NCBI RefSeq assembly: GCF_937912035.1 | Contig: NZ_CALDPF010000055.1 | Span: forward strand, 9,654-73,653 | Reading direction: 5' to 3' | DNA: 64,000 bases | Source: an uncultured Bacteroides sp. | GTDB taxonomy: Bacteria > Bacteroidota > Bacteroidia > Bacteroidales > Bacteroidaceae | Shown: positions 1-9,761 of the stretch, in pieces | How positions within the stretch are numbered: position 1 is the stretch's first letter | How the letters are laid out: the number at the start of each line of letters is the position of its first letter | Translations under genes and position numbers: made by a program | Notes under the pieces: generated by a model | What the model saw: the letters and a program-made list of their open reading frames with translations, nothing else | Database searches by the model: none | What the model was told of the DNA's origin: nothing

Positions 1-1
1 G

Positions 2-409
2 CTTCGCCAGCGTTCACGTCCTTATCTGTTCTCTAACTCTGTTGCACCTGCTATTATTGGAGCAAGTCTTGAAATGTTCAAGATGTTGAAGGAAAGTAAT
101 GCACTGCATGACAAATTGATGGAAAATGTAAACTATTTCCGCGACAATATGCTTGCTGCCGGGTTCGATATAAAACCTACACAGAGTGCTATTTGTGCTG
201 TTATGTTATATGATGCCAAATTGTCACAAGACTTTGCCGCACGTATGCAGGAAGAAGGAATATATGTTACCGGATTCTATTATCCTGTTGTACCAAAAGG
301 ACAGGCACGTATACGTGTTCAGTTGTCAGCAGGCCACGAACGTGCACATCTTGACAAAGCTATCGCTGCGTTTATTAAAGTGGGTAAAGAATTGGGAGTT
401 ATCAAATAA
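2..409 (+). CDS. kbl: Glycine C-acetyltransferase (2-amino-3-ketobutyrate CoA ligase), 3' part; 5' end lies outside the window
   Basis: Frame open from position 2: LRQRSRPYLFSNS ... GIYVTGFYYPVVPKGQARIRVQLSA, the Kbl C-terminal signature. Confidence 0.93.
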   Translation, partial: LRQRSRPYLFSNSVAPAIIGASLEMFKMLKESNALHDKLMENVNYFRDNMLAAGFDIKPTQSAICAVMLYDAKLSQDFAARMQEEGIYVTGFYYPVVPKGQARIRVQLSAGHERAHLDKAIAAFIKVGKELGVIK

Positions 410-412
410 GAT

Positions 413-478
413 TGCATAAAAAAAGAAGCACATGTTAATGCATTTCGCAATGTATTAGATGTGCTTCTTTCTTATGCA
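413..478. terminator. Long hairpin between convergent kbl and tRNA-Arg, probable bidirectional terminator
   Basis: TGCATAA..AAAGAAGCACAT / ATGTGCTTCTTT.TTATGCA arms with inner TAATGCATT-TCGC-AATGTATTA stem. Confidence 0.7.
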
Positions 479-513
479 TTATGTAATGCATTCATTTATT
501 GGACTTTCTTTCG

Positions 514-585
514 TACCCTCGAGGGGAATCGAACCCCTATCTAAAGTTTAGGAAACTTCTATTCTATCCGTTGAACTACAAGGGC
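514..585 (-). tRNA. tRNA-Arg (anticodon CCT), CCA not encoded
   Basis: Reverse complement GCCCTTGTAGTTCAACGGATAGAATAGAAGTTTCCTAAACTTTAGATAGGGGTTCGATTCCCCTCGAGGGTA folds as a cloverleaf with anticodon loop TTCCTAA and T-loop GTTCGATTC. Confidence 0.95.
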
Positions 586-784
586 GGTTAGTTCTGAGAA
601 TCTTGCAAATGTTTTTCAAATGCTTTGCAAAAATACATCTTTTTACTGATTGTGCAATAATTTATGTGAAAAAAATAAATAGTTGTACTTTTTGTAAAAA
701 ATAATCGTATTTTGTTGTTTTTGTGAAAGAAGTTTCACATTTTTGTAGACATTAATATTTTTGAGAATTTAAATTAGCAACATT

Positions 785-2638
785 ATGGCAGAAGAAATAA
801 CAGTCAAGGAGATTGATGAAGTGGTAGTACGCTTCTCAGGTGACTCTGGCGATGGTATGCAGTTGGCCGGAAATATGTTTTCCAATATATCAGCTACAGA
901 GGGAAATGATATAAGTACTTTCCCTGATTATCCTGCAGATATTCGTGCTCCGCAAGGAACACTTACAGGTGTGTCCGGATTTCAGGTACATATAGGCTCC
1001 GATAAAGTTTATACACCTGGTGATAAATGCGATGTGCTTGTTGCAATGAATCCGGCAGCTCTGAAAACCCAGTATAAATTCTGTAAGCCGCAATCCGTAA
1101 TAATCATTGATACAGATTCGTTTACCAAACGTGATTTGGAGAAGGCACAGTTCCAGCTGGAGAATCCTTTTTCTGAACTTGGTATTAAGAATGAGGTAGT
1201 AGAGGCATCTATTACCACTATGTGTAAGGAATGTCTTAAGGATAGTGGATTGGACAATAAATCCATTCTGCGTACAAAAAATATGTTTGCCCTTGGACTG
1301 GTTTGTTGGCTTTTCCAGCGTGATGTGAAAATTGGTGAAAAGATATTGCGTGAGAAGTTTGCCAAGAAACCTGAGATAGCTGAGGCTAACGTTCAGGTAT
1401 TGTATGCCGGTTATCAGTTTGGTGCAAATACTCATGCATCTGTTTCAATGAGTTATAGGGTTCCTTCAAAGAATCAGAAAGCTCATGGCCGTTATATGGA
1501 TATAAATGGTAATAAGGCTACATCATACGGTCTTATTGCTGCGGCTGAGAAGGCTGGATTGCAGCTTTATCTCGGTTCATATCCTATCACTCCTGCTACA
1601 GATATACTCCACGAACTGGCCAAACATAAATCACTTGGAGTCAAGACCGTTCAGTGCGAGGATGAAATTGCCGGATGCGCTTCGGCTGTAGGTGCCGCAT
1701 TTGCAGGAGCTCTGGCCGTTACTTCTACTTCCGGTCCGGGTGTCTGCCTTAAGAGTGAGGCTATGAACCTGGCTGTGATAGCAGAATTACCTCTGGTTGT
1801 CGTAAACGTACAGCGTGGAGGTCCTTCTACAGGTCTGCCAACTAAATCAGAACAGACAGACCTTCTACAGGCATTGTACGGACGTAATGGTGAAAGCCCT
1901 ATGCCGGTTATTGCGGCATCATCGCCAACAGACTGTTTCGATGCTGCTTATACAGCATGTAAGATTGCTTTGGAACATATGACTCCTGTAGTTCTTCTTA
2001 CTGATGCATATATCGCAAACGGTTCTGCCGCATGGAAGCTGCCGGACCTGAACGAATATCCGTCAATCAATCCTCCATACGTGACTCCTGATATGGCTTC
2101 ATACTGGACTCCGTTCCTCCGCAATTATGAGACTGGTGTCCGCTATTGGGCTAAACCTGGTACAGAAGGCTTTATGCATCGTATCGGTGGTCTTGAGAAG
2201 AGCAGTGAGACAGGAGCAATCTCAACAGAACCAGAAAACCACCATCTGATGACTCAGTTGCGTGCTGAGAAGGTGGCAAAAATAGCTGATAGTATTCCAT
2301 TGCTCGAAGTGGAAGGAGCAGAAGATGCTGATTTGTTGATTGTCGGTTTCGGAGGTACATACGGCCATCTTCATTCTGCAATGGATACACTAAATGCTAA
2401 TGGCAAGAAAGCTGCTTTGGCACATTTCCGTTTTATCAATCCGCTTCCTAAGAATACTGAAGAGGTTCTTCGCAAGTATAAGAAGATTGTCGTTGCAGAA
2501 CAGAACATGGGACAGTTTGCAGGCTATCTGCGCATGAAGATAGAAGGATTGCATTTACATCAGTTTAATCAGGTTAAAGGTCAGCCGTTTGTAGTACAGG
2601 AATTGGTTGATGCTTTCACAAAAATAATGGAGGAATAA
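785..2638 (+). CDS. korA: 2-oxoacid:ferredoxin oxidoreductase subunit alpha
   Basis: FSGDSGDGMQLAG, YPITPAT, EDEIAG, TSGPG, QRGGPSTGLPT motifs. Confidence 0.92.
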   Translation: MAEEITVKEIDEVVVRFSGDSGDGMQLAGNMFSNISATEGNDISTFPDYPADIRAPQGTLTGVSGFQVHIGSDKVYTPGDKCDVLVAMNPAALKTQYKFCKPQSVIIIDTDSFTKRDLEKAQFQLENPFSELGIKNEVVEASITTMCKECLKDSGLDNKSILRTKNMFALGLVCWLFQRDVKIGEKILREKFAKKPEIAEANVQVLYAGYQFGANTHASVSMSYRVPSKNQKAHGRYMDINGNKATSYGLIAAAEKAGLQLYLGSYPITPATDILHELAKHKSLGVKTVQCEDEIAGCASAVGAAFAGALAVTSTSGPGVCLKSEAMNLAVIAELPLVVVNVQRGGPSTGLPTKSEQTDLLQALYGRNGESPMPVIAASSPTDCFDAAYTACKIALEHMTPVVLLTDAYIANGSAAWKLPDLNEYPSINPPYVTPDMASYWTPFLRNYETGVRYWAKPGTEGFMHRIGGLEKSSETGAISTEPENHHLMTQLRAEKVAKIADSIPLLEVEGAEDADLLIVGFGGTYGHLHSAMDTLNANGKKAALAHFRFINPLPKNTEEVLRKYKKIVVAEQNMGQFAGYLRMKIEGLHLHQFNQVKGQPFVVQELVDAFTKIMEE

Positions 2639-2641
2639 TCT

Positions 2642-3649
2642 ATGAGCGAATCAAAATATACAGCAGCCGATTATAAAGCAGGACAGCCTCGCTGGTGTCC
2701 GGGATGTGGAGACCATGCTTTTTTGAATTCATTCCACAAGGCATTGGCAGAAATAGGTACAGCACCTAAGGATATAGCCGTTATATCAGGTATCGGATGT
2801 TCTTCACGTCTGCCTTACTATATGAACACATACGGAATGCATACAATTCACGGACGTGCTGCGGCAATTGCTACAGGAGTGAAAGTAGCCAACCCACAAC
2901 TCACTGTATGGCAGATTTCCGGTGATGGTGACGGTCTTGCAATCGGTGGTAATCATTTCATACACGCTATCCGCCGTAATGTGGATATAAATATCATCCT
3001 TCTGAACAACCGTATCTATGGACTTACAAAGGGACAGTATTCTCCTACTTCAGAGAGAGGTTTTGTCAGCAAGTCATCTCCTTACGGAACAGTGGAAGAC
3101 CCGTTCCGTCCTGCAGAACTTTGTTTCGGAGCACGCGGACGTTTCTTTGCACGTTGTGCGGCTGTTGACGGAAATCCTTCTGTTGAAGTGCTTAAAGCTG
3201 CAGAAAAGCATAAAGGAACTTCTGTAGTCGAGGTCCTTCAGAACTGTGTAATCTTTAATGATGGAACTCATAATTCAATCGCCAAGAAAGAGGATCGCGA
3301 GCGCAATGCCATCTATCTTGAGCATGGAAAACCTATGTTGTTCGGTCCTGACAAGGAATTCGGATTGATGCAGGAAGGTTTCGGACTCAAAGTGGTTAAG
3401 CTGGGAGAGAACGGAATAACAGAAAAGGACATCCTTGTGCATGACGCGCATTGTATGGACAATACCTTACAGTTGAAATTGGCTCTTATGGAAGGTCCTG
3501 ACTTCCCTATAGCTCTTGGAGTTATTCGCGATGTTGAGGCTCCTACATACGATCAGGCAGTAGAAGAACAAATACGTGAAGTGTCTGAGAAGAAAAAATA
3601 CCATAGCTTTGCTGAGCTTCTTGACACTAACGATACCTGGGAAATTTAA
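2642..3649 (+). CDS. korB: 2-oxoacid:ferredoxin oxidoreductase subunit beta
   Basis: WCPGCG, SGIGCS, TPP-binding GDGD...NN, YGLTKGQYSPT. Confidence 0.92.
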   Translation: MSESKYTAADYKAGQPRWCPGCGDHAFLNSFHKALAEIGTAPKDIAVISGIGCSSRLPYYMNTYGMHTIHGRAAAIATGVKVANPQLTVWQISGDGDGLAIGGNHFIHAIRRNVDINIILLNNRIYGLTKGQYSPTSERGFVSKSSPYGTVEDPFRPAELCFGARGRFFARCAAVDGNPSVEVLKAAEKHKGTSVVEVLQNCVIFNDGTHNSIAKKEDRERNAIYLEHGKPMLFGPDKEFGLMQEGFGLKVVKLGENGITEKDILVHDAHCMDNTLQLKLALMEGPDFPIALGVIRDVEAPTYDQAVEEQIREVSEKKKYHSFAELLDTNDTWEI

Positions 3650-3656
3650 TCTCGGA

Positions 3657-3745
3657 TAAAACGCGGGCAAATTTCATGTAAAACGTGAGCAAGTTTAGAT
3701 TTAAATTTGCCCACGTTTTTTTTAAATGTCTACCCACGTTTTTTG
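3657..3745. repeat. Intergenic array of ~22-bp units, two forward and two inverted
   Basis: TAAAACGCGGGCAAATTTCATG / TAAAACGTGAGCAAGTTTAGAT followed by AAATTTGCCCACGTTTTT and TCTACCCACGTTTTTT. Confidence 0.75.
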
Positions 3746-3800
3746 CTAGTCCAGATGATGATTTTTGATAAATATAAAAATATTTCTCAACTACTTTTTG

Positions 3801-3808
3801 TATATTTG
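3801..3808 (+). promoter_or_regulatory. Bacteroidetes -7 promoter element for the AraC regulator
   Basis: TATATTTG matches TAnnTTTG, 26 nt upstream of ATG. Confidence 0.55.
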
Positions 3809-3834
3809 GCCGGAGCATAATATACGATTTTTAT

Positions 3835-5568
3835 ATGAGATTACACTATATACTTTTTATACTGTTATATATATCATTATCTGCCTATTCTAAGGAATCC
3901 ATACCGCGGTCTCTGAATCTGCGTGAAATTTCATCCACTCCCGAGGAACTTCTTACGGAACTCGACAGTATGGAGAAAACGGGAATGTACAAGGAGTATG
4001 AGATAAACTATCTTCGCAGCTATGCCTATTACTCATTGTGTAAATACAACAGAGCTTCCATATATGCTGATTCTGTACTTCATTCCGAAGAAGTCCGAAA
4101 AGACTCGGCAGTTATGTTTCGTACCGTTGTCATAGCCGCTGAATCGTATGCGTTTTCGTCCCGTCTGATGGATGCCGCCAATATGGTGACGTCCGTTCTG
4201 GCATATTCAAAAAGAGAAGGAAATACTACTCTTGAAGCCAATATGATGTATGTTCAGGGAATTATATGGAACAGAATGGGATTGTTCGAGAAGTCGTACA
4301 AGATAATAGATGAAGCTATATCAAAATTCAAACGTGAGACTGATATCGGCAGCAAGTTGCGTATAACTGTCATTCTCGACAAGCAGGCAGAATTATACAT
4401 CGATGATTCTCTTTATGAGAAGGCATGGAAGGCATGTGAGGACCGTGAGAGTCTTATAAAAAGTATTGAGAATCATGACGAGGTCGCTTCCAATCTGATA
4501 GACAGGATGTACGGTGAATATTACAGTAAGATGGCTTATCTGTCGTTGAAGCTTAACAGACTTACACTTGCCAATAACTTCTATAATAAGTATAAGTCTA
4601 CAAAAATGTCATCCACATTGCTGGGAGCGCTTGAGATAAATCCTTATCTGCTGCTTAAAGGTCAGTGTAACGATGTGATAGCCAACAATCAGGCATTTTA
4701 TCTGGCTACGGACAATGCTGATACAGTGTCGGTGATTTACAGGCGTTCTCTCTTGCAGAGTGCCACCGCCTATAAAATGCTCAGGAAGTATGAGCAGGCA
4801 TACCGCAGCATGGAGAAATATAATGCCATAATCGAATCATACCGCAGGAATATTGACGCTAACCGTCTGCTGGAGTTAAATCAGGCAACAGACTTTATCA
4901 AATATGAGGCAAGGATTGAGGCTGCCAGAAGCGAACTGGAGTATCGCCGTAAGATGAATATTGCTTTGTTCGTATTTATTGGTATATTGGCATTCTCCCT
5001 GATATTTATACTTATTGAGCGCATCATATTGAAGAAAAAGAACCGTGATATATCAAGATTGATAGTTGAACTGAACAAATCCTTTGAAACCTCTTCCGAA
5101 AATTTTATTCCCAATTCCGAGCATGATAATGAACCGTGTCAGGTGGATACCTCATCCGATGAGACCGGAGGAAATGAATCGATGGAACATATTTCTTCCA
5201 ATTATGATTTGAGCAAGATGTCGAATGAAACTTTGTTCAGACGGTTTGATTCGATAGTAAAGAACGAGCGTCTTTATCTTGACTATACTCTCCAGCGCGA
5301 CTATTATGCGTCTGTTATGGGAGTGGACCGTAACCGTTTTGCTACAGTTATCAAGGAAGCTACGGGAGGAGGCAATCTTAGTGTCTATCTTAATGACATG
5401 CGTCTTAACTATTCCGTGTTGTTGTTTCGCGAGCATCCAGAAATGTCAATAAGCGAGGTGGGCGAAGCCAGTGCCATTCCCAATCAGTCCACTTTCTACC
5501 GTTTGTTTAAGGAGAAGTACGGTTTAAGCCCTAAAATGTTCATCGAACAGTTAAAATTAGAAGAGTAA
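3835..5568 (+). CDS. Membrane-anchored AraC-family regulator with periplasmic TPR-like sensor
   Basis: N-terminal signal peptide, helical TPR-like region, TM helix IALFVFIGILAFSLIFILI, C-terminal AraC HTH (YLNDMRL...SISEVG...STFYRLFKEKYGLSP). Confidence 0.8.
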   Translation: MRLHYILFILLYISLSAYSKESIPRSLNLREISSTPEELLTELDSMEKTGMYKEYEINYLRSYAYYSLCKYNRASIYADSVLHSEEVRKDSAVMFRTVVIAAESYAFSSRLMDAANMVTSVLAYSKREGNTTLEANMMYVQGIIWNRMGLFEKSYKIIDEAISKFKRETDIGSKLRITVILDKQAELYIDDSLYEKAWKACEDRESLIKSIENHDEVASNLIDRMYGEYYSKMAYLSLKLNRLTLANNFYNKYKSTKMSSTLLGALEINPYLLLKGQCNDVIANNQAFYLATDNADTVSVIYRRSLLQSATAYKMLRKYEQAYRSMEKYNAIIESYRRNIDANRLLELNQATDFIKYEARIEAARSELEYRRKMNIALFVFIGILAFSLIFILIERIILKKKNRDISRLIVELNKSFETSSENFIPNSEHDNEPCQVDTSSDETGGNESMEHISSNYDLSKMSNETLFRRFDSIVKNERLYLDYTLQRDYYASVMGVDRNRFATVIKEATGGGNLSVYLNDMRLNYSVLLFREHPEMSISEVGEASAIPNQSTFYRLFKEKYGLSPKMFIEQLKLEE

Positions 5569-5710
5569 TTCCTAAATTGTCATTAGATTCTTGTGTGTCA
5601 TATTATTTAGGAATTGTGTCAAATTATATAAAACACTGATATATAGTATGTTATAATGCAAATTGCCAATCCGTAAAAAGCCTGTTTATGACATAATAGC
5701 AATAATTATA

Positions 5711-5742
5711 TTTGAATATCCTTGCCGATCTTAATAACTTTG
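5711..5742 (+). promoter_or_regulatory. Consensus Bacteroidetes primary-sigma promoter of the pilus operon
   Basis: TTTG (5711-5714), 20-nt spacer, TAACTTTG (5735-5742). Confidence 0.75.
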
Positions 5743-5797
5743 TAATGAAAATAACATCGGACTTAATCTAAAAAGAATATTCAAAAATATAACTGTT

Positions 5798-6406
5798 ATG
5801 AAAGCATCAGGTAGATATATTTTTGCCGGCAGGAGGTGTATCATTTTATATCTGTTCCTTCTATTCTCTTCCGTGCTTTCTGCCCAGGTGGTTACTGTAA
5901 AGACAAACGCCGTATATTGGGGTACACTCACTCCTAATCTGGCTTTGGAATTTCCTCTGGGACGGAAGTTCACTACCGACTGGCATTTTCTCCTTAATCC
6001 ATGGACATTTTCCGACAATAAGAAAATGAAGATGATGGCTGTCCAGCCTGAGTTGCGTTACTGGTTTTGCGAGCGTTTCAACGGACATTTTCTTGGGTTT
6101 CATCTTGTGGGTGGAATATACAATATCGGCAATATCAATACAGGTTTCAAATTTCTCGGCACCGATTTCGGTTCATTGAAAGACTATCGCTATGAAGGCT
6201 GGATGGCAGGAGCCGGAATAGGCTATGGTTATCAGTGGCTGTTGTCACGTCATTGGAGTCTGGAGGCAGAATTGGGGCTGGGATACATATATACCCGTGC
6301 GGATAAGTTCAAGTGCGCCAATTGCGGCAGCAAAATTGAGGATAACAAGCCGCACCATTACTTTGGTCCCACAAAAGCGGCATTGAATATTATTTACGTG
6401 TTTTAA
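5798..6406 (+). CDS. DUF3575-family outer-membrane beta-barrel protein
   Basis: VKTNAVYWGTLTPNLALE, QPELRYWFCERFNGHFLG, GIGYGYQW, YFGPTKAALNIIYVF with terminal Phe. Confidence 0.85.
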   Translation: MKASGRYIFAGRRCIILYLFLLFSSVLSAQVVTVKTNAVYWGTLTPNLALEFPLGRKFTTDWHFLLNPWTFSDNKKMKMMAVQPELRYWFCERFNGHFLGFHLVGGIYNIGNINTGFKFLGTDFGSLKDYRYEGWMAGAGIGYGYQWLLSRHWSLEAELGLGYIYTRADKFKCANCGSKIEDNKPHHYFGPTKAALNIIYVF

Positions 6407-6427
6407 AAGTTCGGGAGGCATACTGTT

Positions 6428-7852
6428 ATGAAAGGAAAAACATTACTTTTCGGTATTTTTGCTGTGGCGGCTGCCTGTATTGCCGCCGATGTGTGCGCTC
6501 AGCAGAACTTGCAGAGCGGAGCGGTGGTGACGGAGGCTGTTGTCACACGTCATCGTGACAGTGTCACCGTGAGCATGACATTCAATCTTGACAACATAAA
6601 GATAAGGCGTGGAGGAACAGTTATACTTCAGCCAAGGTATCTGCAGACCGGAGGCAGTCAGAGCGCATGGCTTCCACCGGTGGAGGTTAAGGACCGTACG
6701 CGCGACATCTATCTGCGCCGAAATCCCGACGAGGCTTTTACCGATGAGGTTTACTGCAGTGTTGTCAAGATGCGCAAACAGCCTATGAGCATCGACTACA
6801 GTGTAACTATCCCTTACGACTCGTGGATGGACAGTTCACACCTGCAGGTGGCTGAAGACCTCTGCGGTTGCGGCGAGGTGGATAAAGGCTCTCTTGTGCA
6901 GTTTCCCGAAGCCGACCTATCGTTCACTCCCCAACTGGCATACGTAGTGCCGCAGGCAGAGCCTGTAAAGATACGCGAACTGAGCGGCCGCTCGTACCTC
7001 GATTTCCGTGTCAATCGTACTGAGATAGACCCTTCCTACAGAAAGAATCCTGTGGAGCTTAACCGTATAATAGCTTCTATCGATACAGTGAAAAATGACA
7101 GAGATTTCACCATCACATCTATCGAGATAAAAGGCTATGCTTCTCCTGAGGGAAGCTATTCATCGAACAGACGTCTGGCTGAAGGACGTACCGAGTCGTT
7201 GAAAAAATATCTCATAGACAGATACGGATTCGCGTCAACTACAATAAAGGCATCGTCCGAGCCTGAAAACTGGGAAGGTCTGGTGGAATATCTCAAGGCA
7301 AGTTCTTTGGCTGACAAGGATGCCATACTTGCCCACATAGAGAACGGACCTGAGGACATCGACCGCAAGGAGAGAGAGATAAGGCAGAAGTTCCCACAGT
7401 CATATAAAGTTATACTGAACGATTGTTATCCCGGGCTTCGCCGTACGGACTACCGCATTGACTATGTGATACGCAGTTTCAAGCTTGACGAGGCGAAAGA
7501 ACTTGTAAAGACCGCCCCGCAGCGTCTCAGCCTTGAAGAGATGTTTGCCGTGGCTCAGACATACCAGCCCGGTTCGGAGGACTTTAACTATGTGTTCGAC
7601 GTAGCAGTAAGGATGTATCCCGGCGACGAGACCACCAATATAAATGCCGCCAACGCATTGCTGGAGCAGGGTAGGGCAAAAGAAGCGTTGCGATATCTTG
7701 ACAAGGTTAAATCGTCCGTCCCCGAAGCCGAAAACGCCCGTGGAGTGGCTTATCTGCTACTTAAGGATTACGACAGTGCCGAAGAGCATATAGAAAAGGC
7801 ACTGGAGGGCAATCTGGATGCGGCAAAACATAATATGGAGTTTTTGAAATAA
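6428..7852 (+). CDS. DUF3868 / OmpA-like domain protein with C-terminal TPR
   Basis: DLCGCG, LDFRVNRTEID, IKGYASPEGSYSSNRRLAEGR (OmpA-like), ENWEGL, TPR-like tail; typical position after DUF3575. Confidence 0.82.
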   Translation: MKGKTLLFGIFAVAAACIAADVCAQQNLQSGAVVTEAVVTRHRDSVTVSMTFNLDNIKIRRGGTVILQPRYLQTGGSQSAWLPPVEVKDRTRDIYLRRNPDEAFTDEVYCSVVKMRKQPMSIDYSVTIPYDSWMDSSHLQVAEDLCGCGEVDKGSLVQFPEADLSFTPQLAYVVPQAEPVKIRELSGRSYLDFRVNRTEIDPSYRKNPVELNRIIASIDTVKNDRDFTITSIEIKGYASPEGSYSSNRRLAEGRTESLKKYLIDRYGFASTTIKASSEPENWEGLVEYLKASSLADKDAILAHIENGPEDIDRKEREIRQKFPQSYKVILNDCYPGLRRTDYRIDYVIRSFKLDEAKELVKTAPQRLSLEEMFAVAQTYQPGSEDFNYVFDVAVRMYPGDETTNINAANALLEQGRAKEALRYLDKVKSSVPEAENARGVAYLLLKDYDSAEEHIEKALEGNLDAAKHNMEFLK

Positions 7853-7885
7853 TATTATATGTTAAATGAATTAATCTATAAATGT

Positions 7886-9679
7886 ATGGGAAATCTAAAG
7901 TATTTTAGTTTGCTAATGGTGGCAGGCATGTTTGCTGCTTGTAGCGATAACCTGGAGAATCCGGGTAACGAAAATGACGGTCCAAAGACCGGCGAGGGAT
8001 ATGTAAAGGTGGCTATCAATTTGCCTACGGTAAATAGCTCGAGGGCTGGTGAAGAGCCGGGCTTTGATGATGGAGATGCAAGTGAGTATAAAGTAAACAC
8101 CGGTATCATTGCTTTTTTTGAAGGTGCTAAAGATGGAACTGAAGATAAAGCAAAATTTGTAAAGGCATACGATTTAGGAAATTTAACTCAAACTGATGAT
8201 ACCGATGCTGGTGGAACTCCCGACCATATTTCAACCACAGTAACGACAATCCTTAATGTTCCTAAGCCAGCTGGTGATAACAAGATTTATGCTTTGGCTA
8301 TTCTGAATAATGGTTCAACTGATAAAATTGTTTCAGTCAATTCACAAGGAAGCCAGCTTACATTCCATGAAGATGCCGGAGATTATGTAATAATCAATGC
8401 CGGAGACGAATTTAATACACTGATGGGTGCAGCCTGGTCTGTGGATGCTGCTACAGTGTCGGGTACTGCTGAAGGTTTCTTAATGCTTAATTCTCCATTG
8501 TATAAAACTGAACAATCAGTTAAAAAAATTCAGACTCTTGTGCCTGTAATTGTACATGATACTGAGCCGGATGAAGGTACTACAGCTGATAAAATATTTG
8601 TAGAGCGCATAGTGGCAAAAGTTGATTTGGAGCTTCCAACTTCTACTAGTGATGGTAAATATACAATTCCAGACGGTGCGTACGCCGGAAGTGAAGTAAT
8701 CTTTACAGAAGCGGGTAGTGATCTTGGCTGGGTTCTTAATGTTACAAATAAGACTACCAAACCTGTAAGGGACGTTAGTAATTATAACACATGGTCAACA
8801 ACAAATTCAAGCTATTTCTTTGGAACTTCAGCTGTGGATGGTGTTCAAGGTAGTTGGTCGCGTATATATTGGGCTAAAGACAATAACTACGATAAGAGTT
8901 ATTTGAACGATTCAAATGAACCGGATTTGGAAAAAGTCAATGCTGACTTCAATGTATATTCAATGGATGATGAAACTGCAGCAGATGGTTCTAAAATTAA
9001 GTGGGGTCCTTATAGTACTACTGGTACGAGTGCAAAAGTAAATGCCCAATACTGTCTTGAAAATACAGATGTAGCAGTATTGACAACTGGTAATGTTCTA
9101 AATCTTAATGAGTATAACATAACCTCTGTCCTTATAAAGACAAAGTTCAACATTAAAAAAACAGGTGAAACTGATAAAGACTACTCATTCTTTACAATTG
9201 GTGACCTAGCAAATACATATACAAAAGACCAGTTCTTGGATTATGTAGCTGAGAAATGTAATATTACTACAAGTCCGCATGGCTTAACTATAAATTCTGA
9301 AGCCAAAGCCGGATATTACGAGGGTGCAGATCAACTTAAGACTTTGATTAATGGATTCAGTGATGATAATCACAATGAAGCTCTAAACAATCTTGGCAAA
9401 GTAGCATACTATTTAGACGGTGACTGCTACTATTATGCAGCTCCTATCCAGCACTTTGAGCTTACTAAACCTACTGGAAATATTACAAATGATAACTATC
9501 TTGGTAAATACGGTGTGGTTCGTAATAACTGGTATAACATCAAGATAAATAAAGTAAGCGCGCCTGGTCTTCCAGAAATAACTGACCCTGAAGAACCAGT
9601 AGAAAAGGAAGAAGGATATATCAAGTGTGAAATCAACGTCCTCTCATGGGCAAAACGTTCACAAGGCGTAGACTTATAA
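7886..9679 (+). CDS. Mfa1/FimA-family major pilin (lipoprotein)
   Basis: Lipobox FAAC, IYALAILN, FLMLNS, IFVERIVAKVDL, QYCLEN, YGVVRNNWYNIKINKV..PG.P, INVLSW...QGVDL; start moved to MGNLKY. Confidence 0.85.
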   Translation: MGNLKYFSLLMVAGMFAACSDNLENPGNENDGPKTGEGYVKVAINLPTVNSSRAGEEPGFDDGDASEYKVNTGIIAFFEGAKDGTEDKAKFVKAYDLGNLTQTDDTDAGGTPDHISTTVTTILNVPKPAGDNKIYALAILNNGSTDKIVSVNSQGSQLTFHEDAGDYVIINAGDEFNTLMGAAWSVDAATVSGTAEGFLMLNSPLYKTEQSVKKIQTLVPVIVHDTEPDEGTTADKIFVERIVAKVDLELPTSTSDGKYTIPDGAYAGSEVIFTEAGSDLGWVLNVTNKTTKPVRDVSNYNTWSTTNSSYFFGTSAVDGVQGSWSRIYWAKDNNYDKSYLNDSNEPDLEKVNADFNVYSMDDETAADGSKIKWGPYSTTGTSAKVNAQYCLENTDVAVLTTGNVLNLNEYNITSVLIKTKFNIKKTGETDKDYSFFTIGDLANTYTKDQFLDYVAEKCNITTSPHGLTINSEAKAGYYEGADQLKTLINGFSDDNHNEALNNLGKVAYYLDGDCYYYAAPIQHFELTKPTGNITNDNYLGKYGVVRNNWYNIKINKVSAPGLPEITDPEEPVEKEEGYIKCEINVLSWAKRSQGVDL

Positions 9680-9699
9680 TAAAATTATAAACTAAAAAC

Positions 9700-9732
9700 A
9701 CCTGCTGCAAGCCCAAACCCCTTGCAGCAGGT
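9700..9732 (+). terminator. Hairpin between major pilin and anchor pilin genes
   Basis: ACCTGCTGCAAG - 9 nt - CTTGCAGCAGGT perfect 12-bp stem, short T tail. Confidence 0.7.
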
Positions 9733-9761
9733 TTAACAACACTGAATAAAACAACTTTTAT

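Noticed and set aside
514..585. tRNA-Arg as integration site of an island
   Set aside because: Flanked by housekeeping kbl and korA; no integrase or duplicated tRNA 3' end seen
5567..5615. Invertible (phase-variable) promoter bounded by 11-bp inverted repeats
   Set aside because: The repeats enclose only 27 bp, the promoter lies outside them, and no recombinase is nearby
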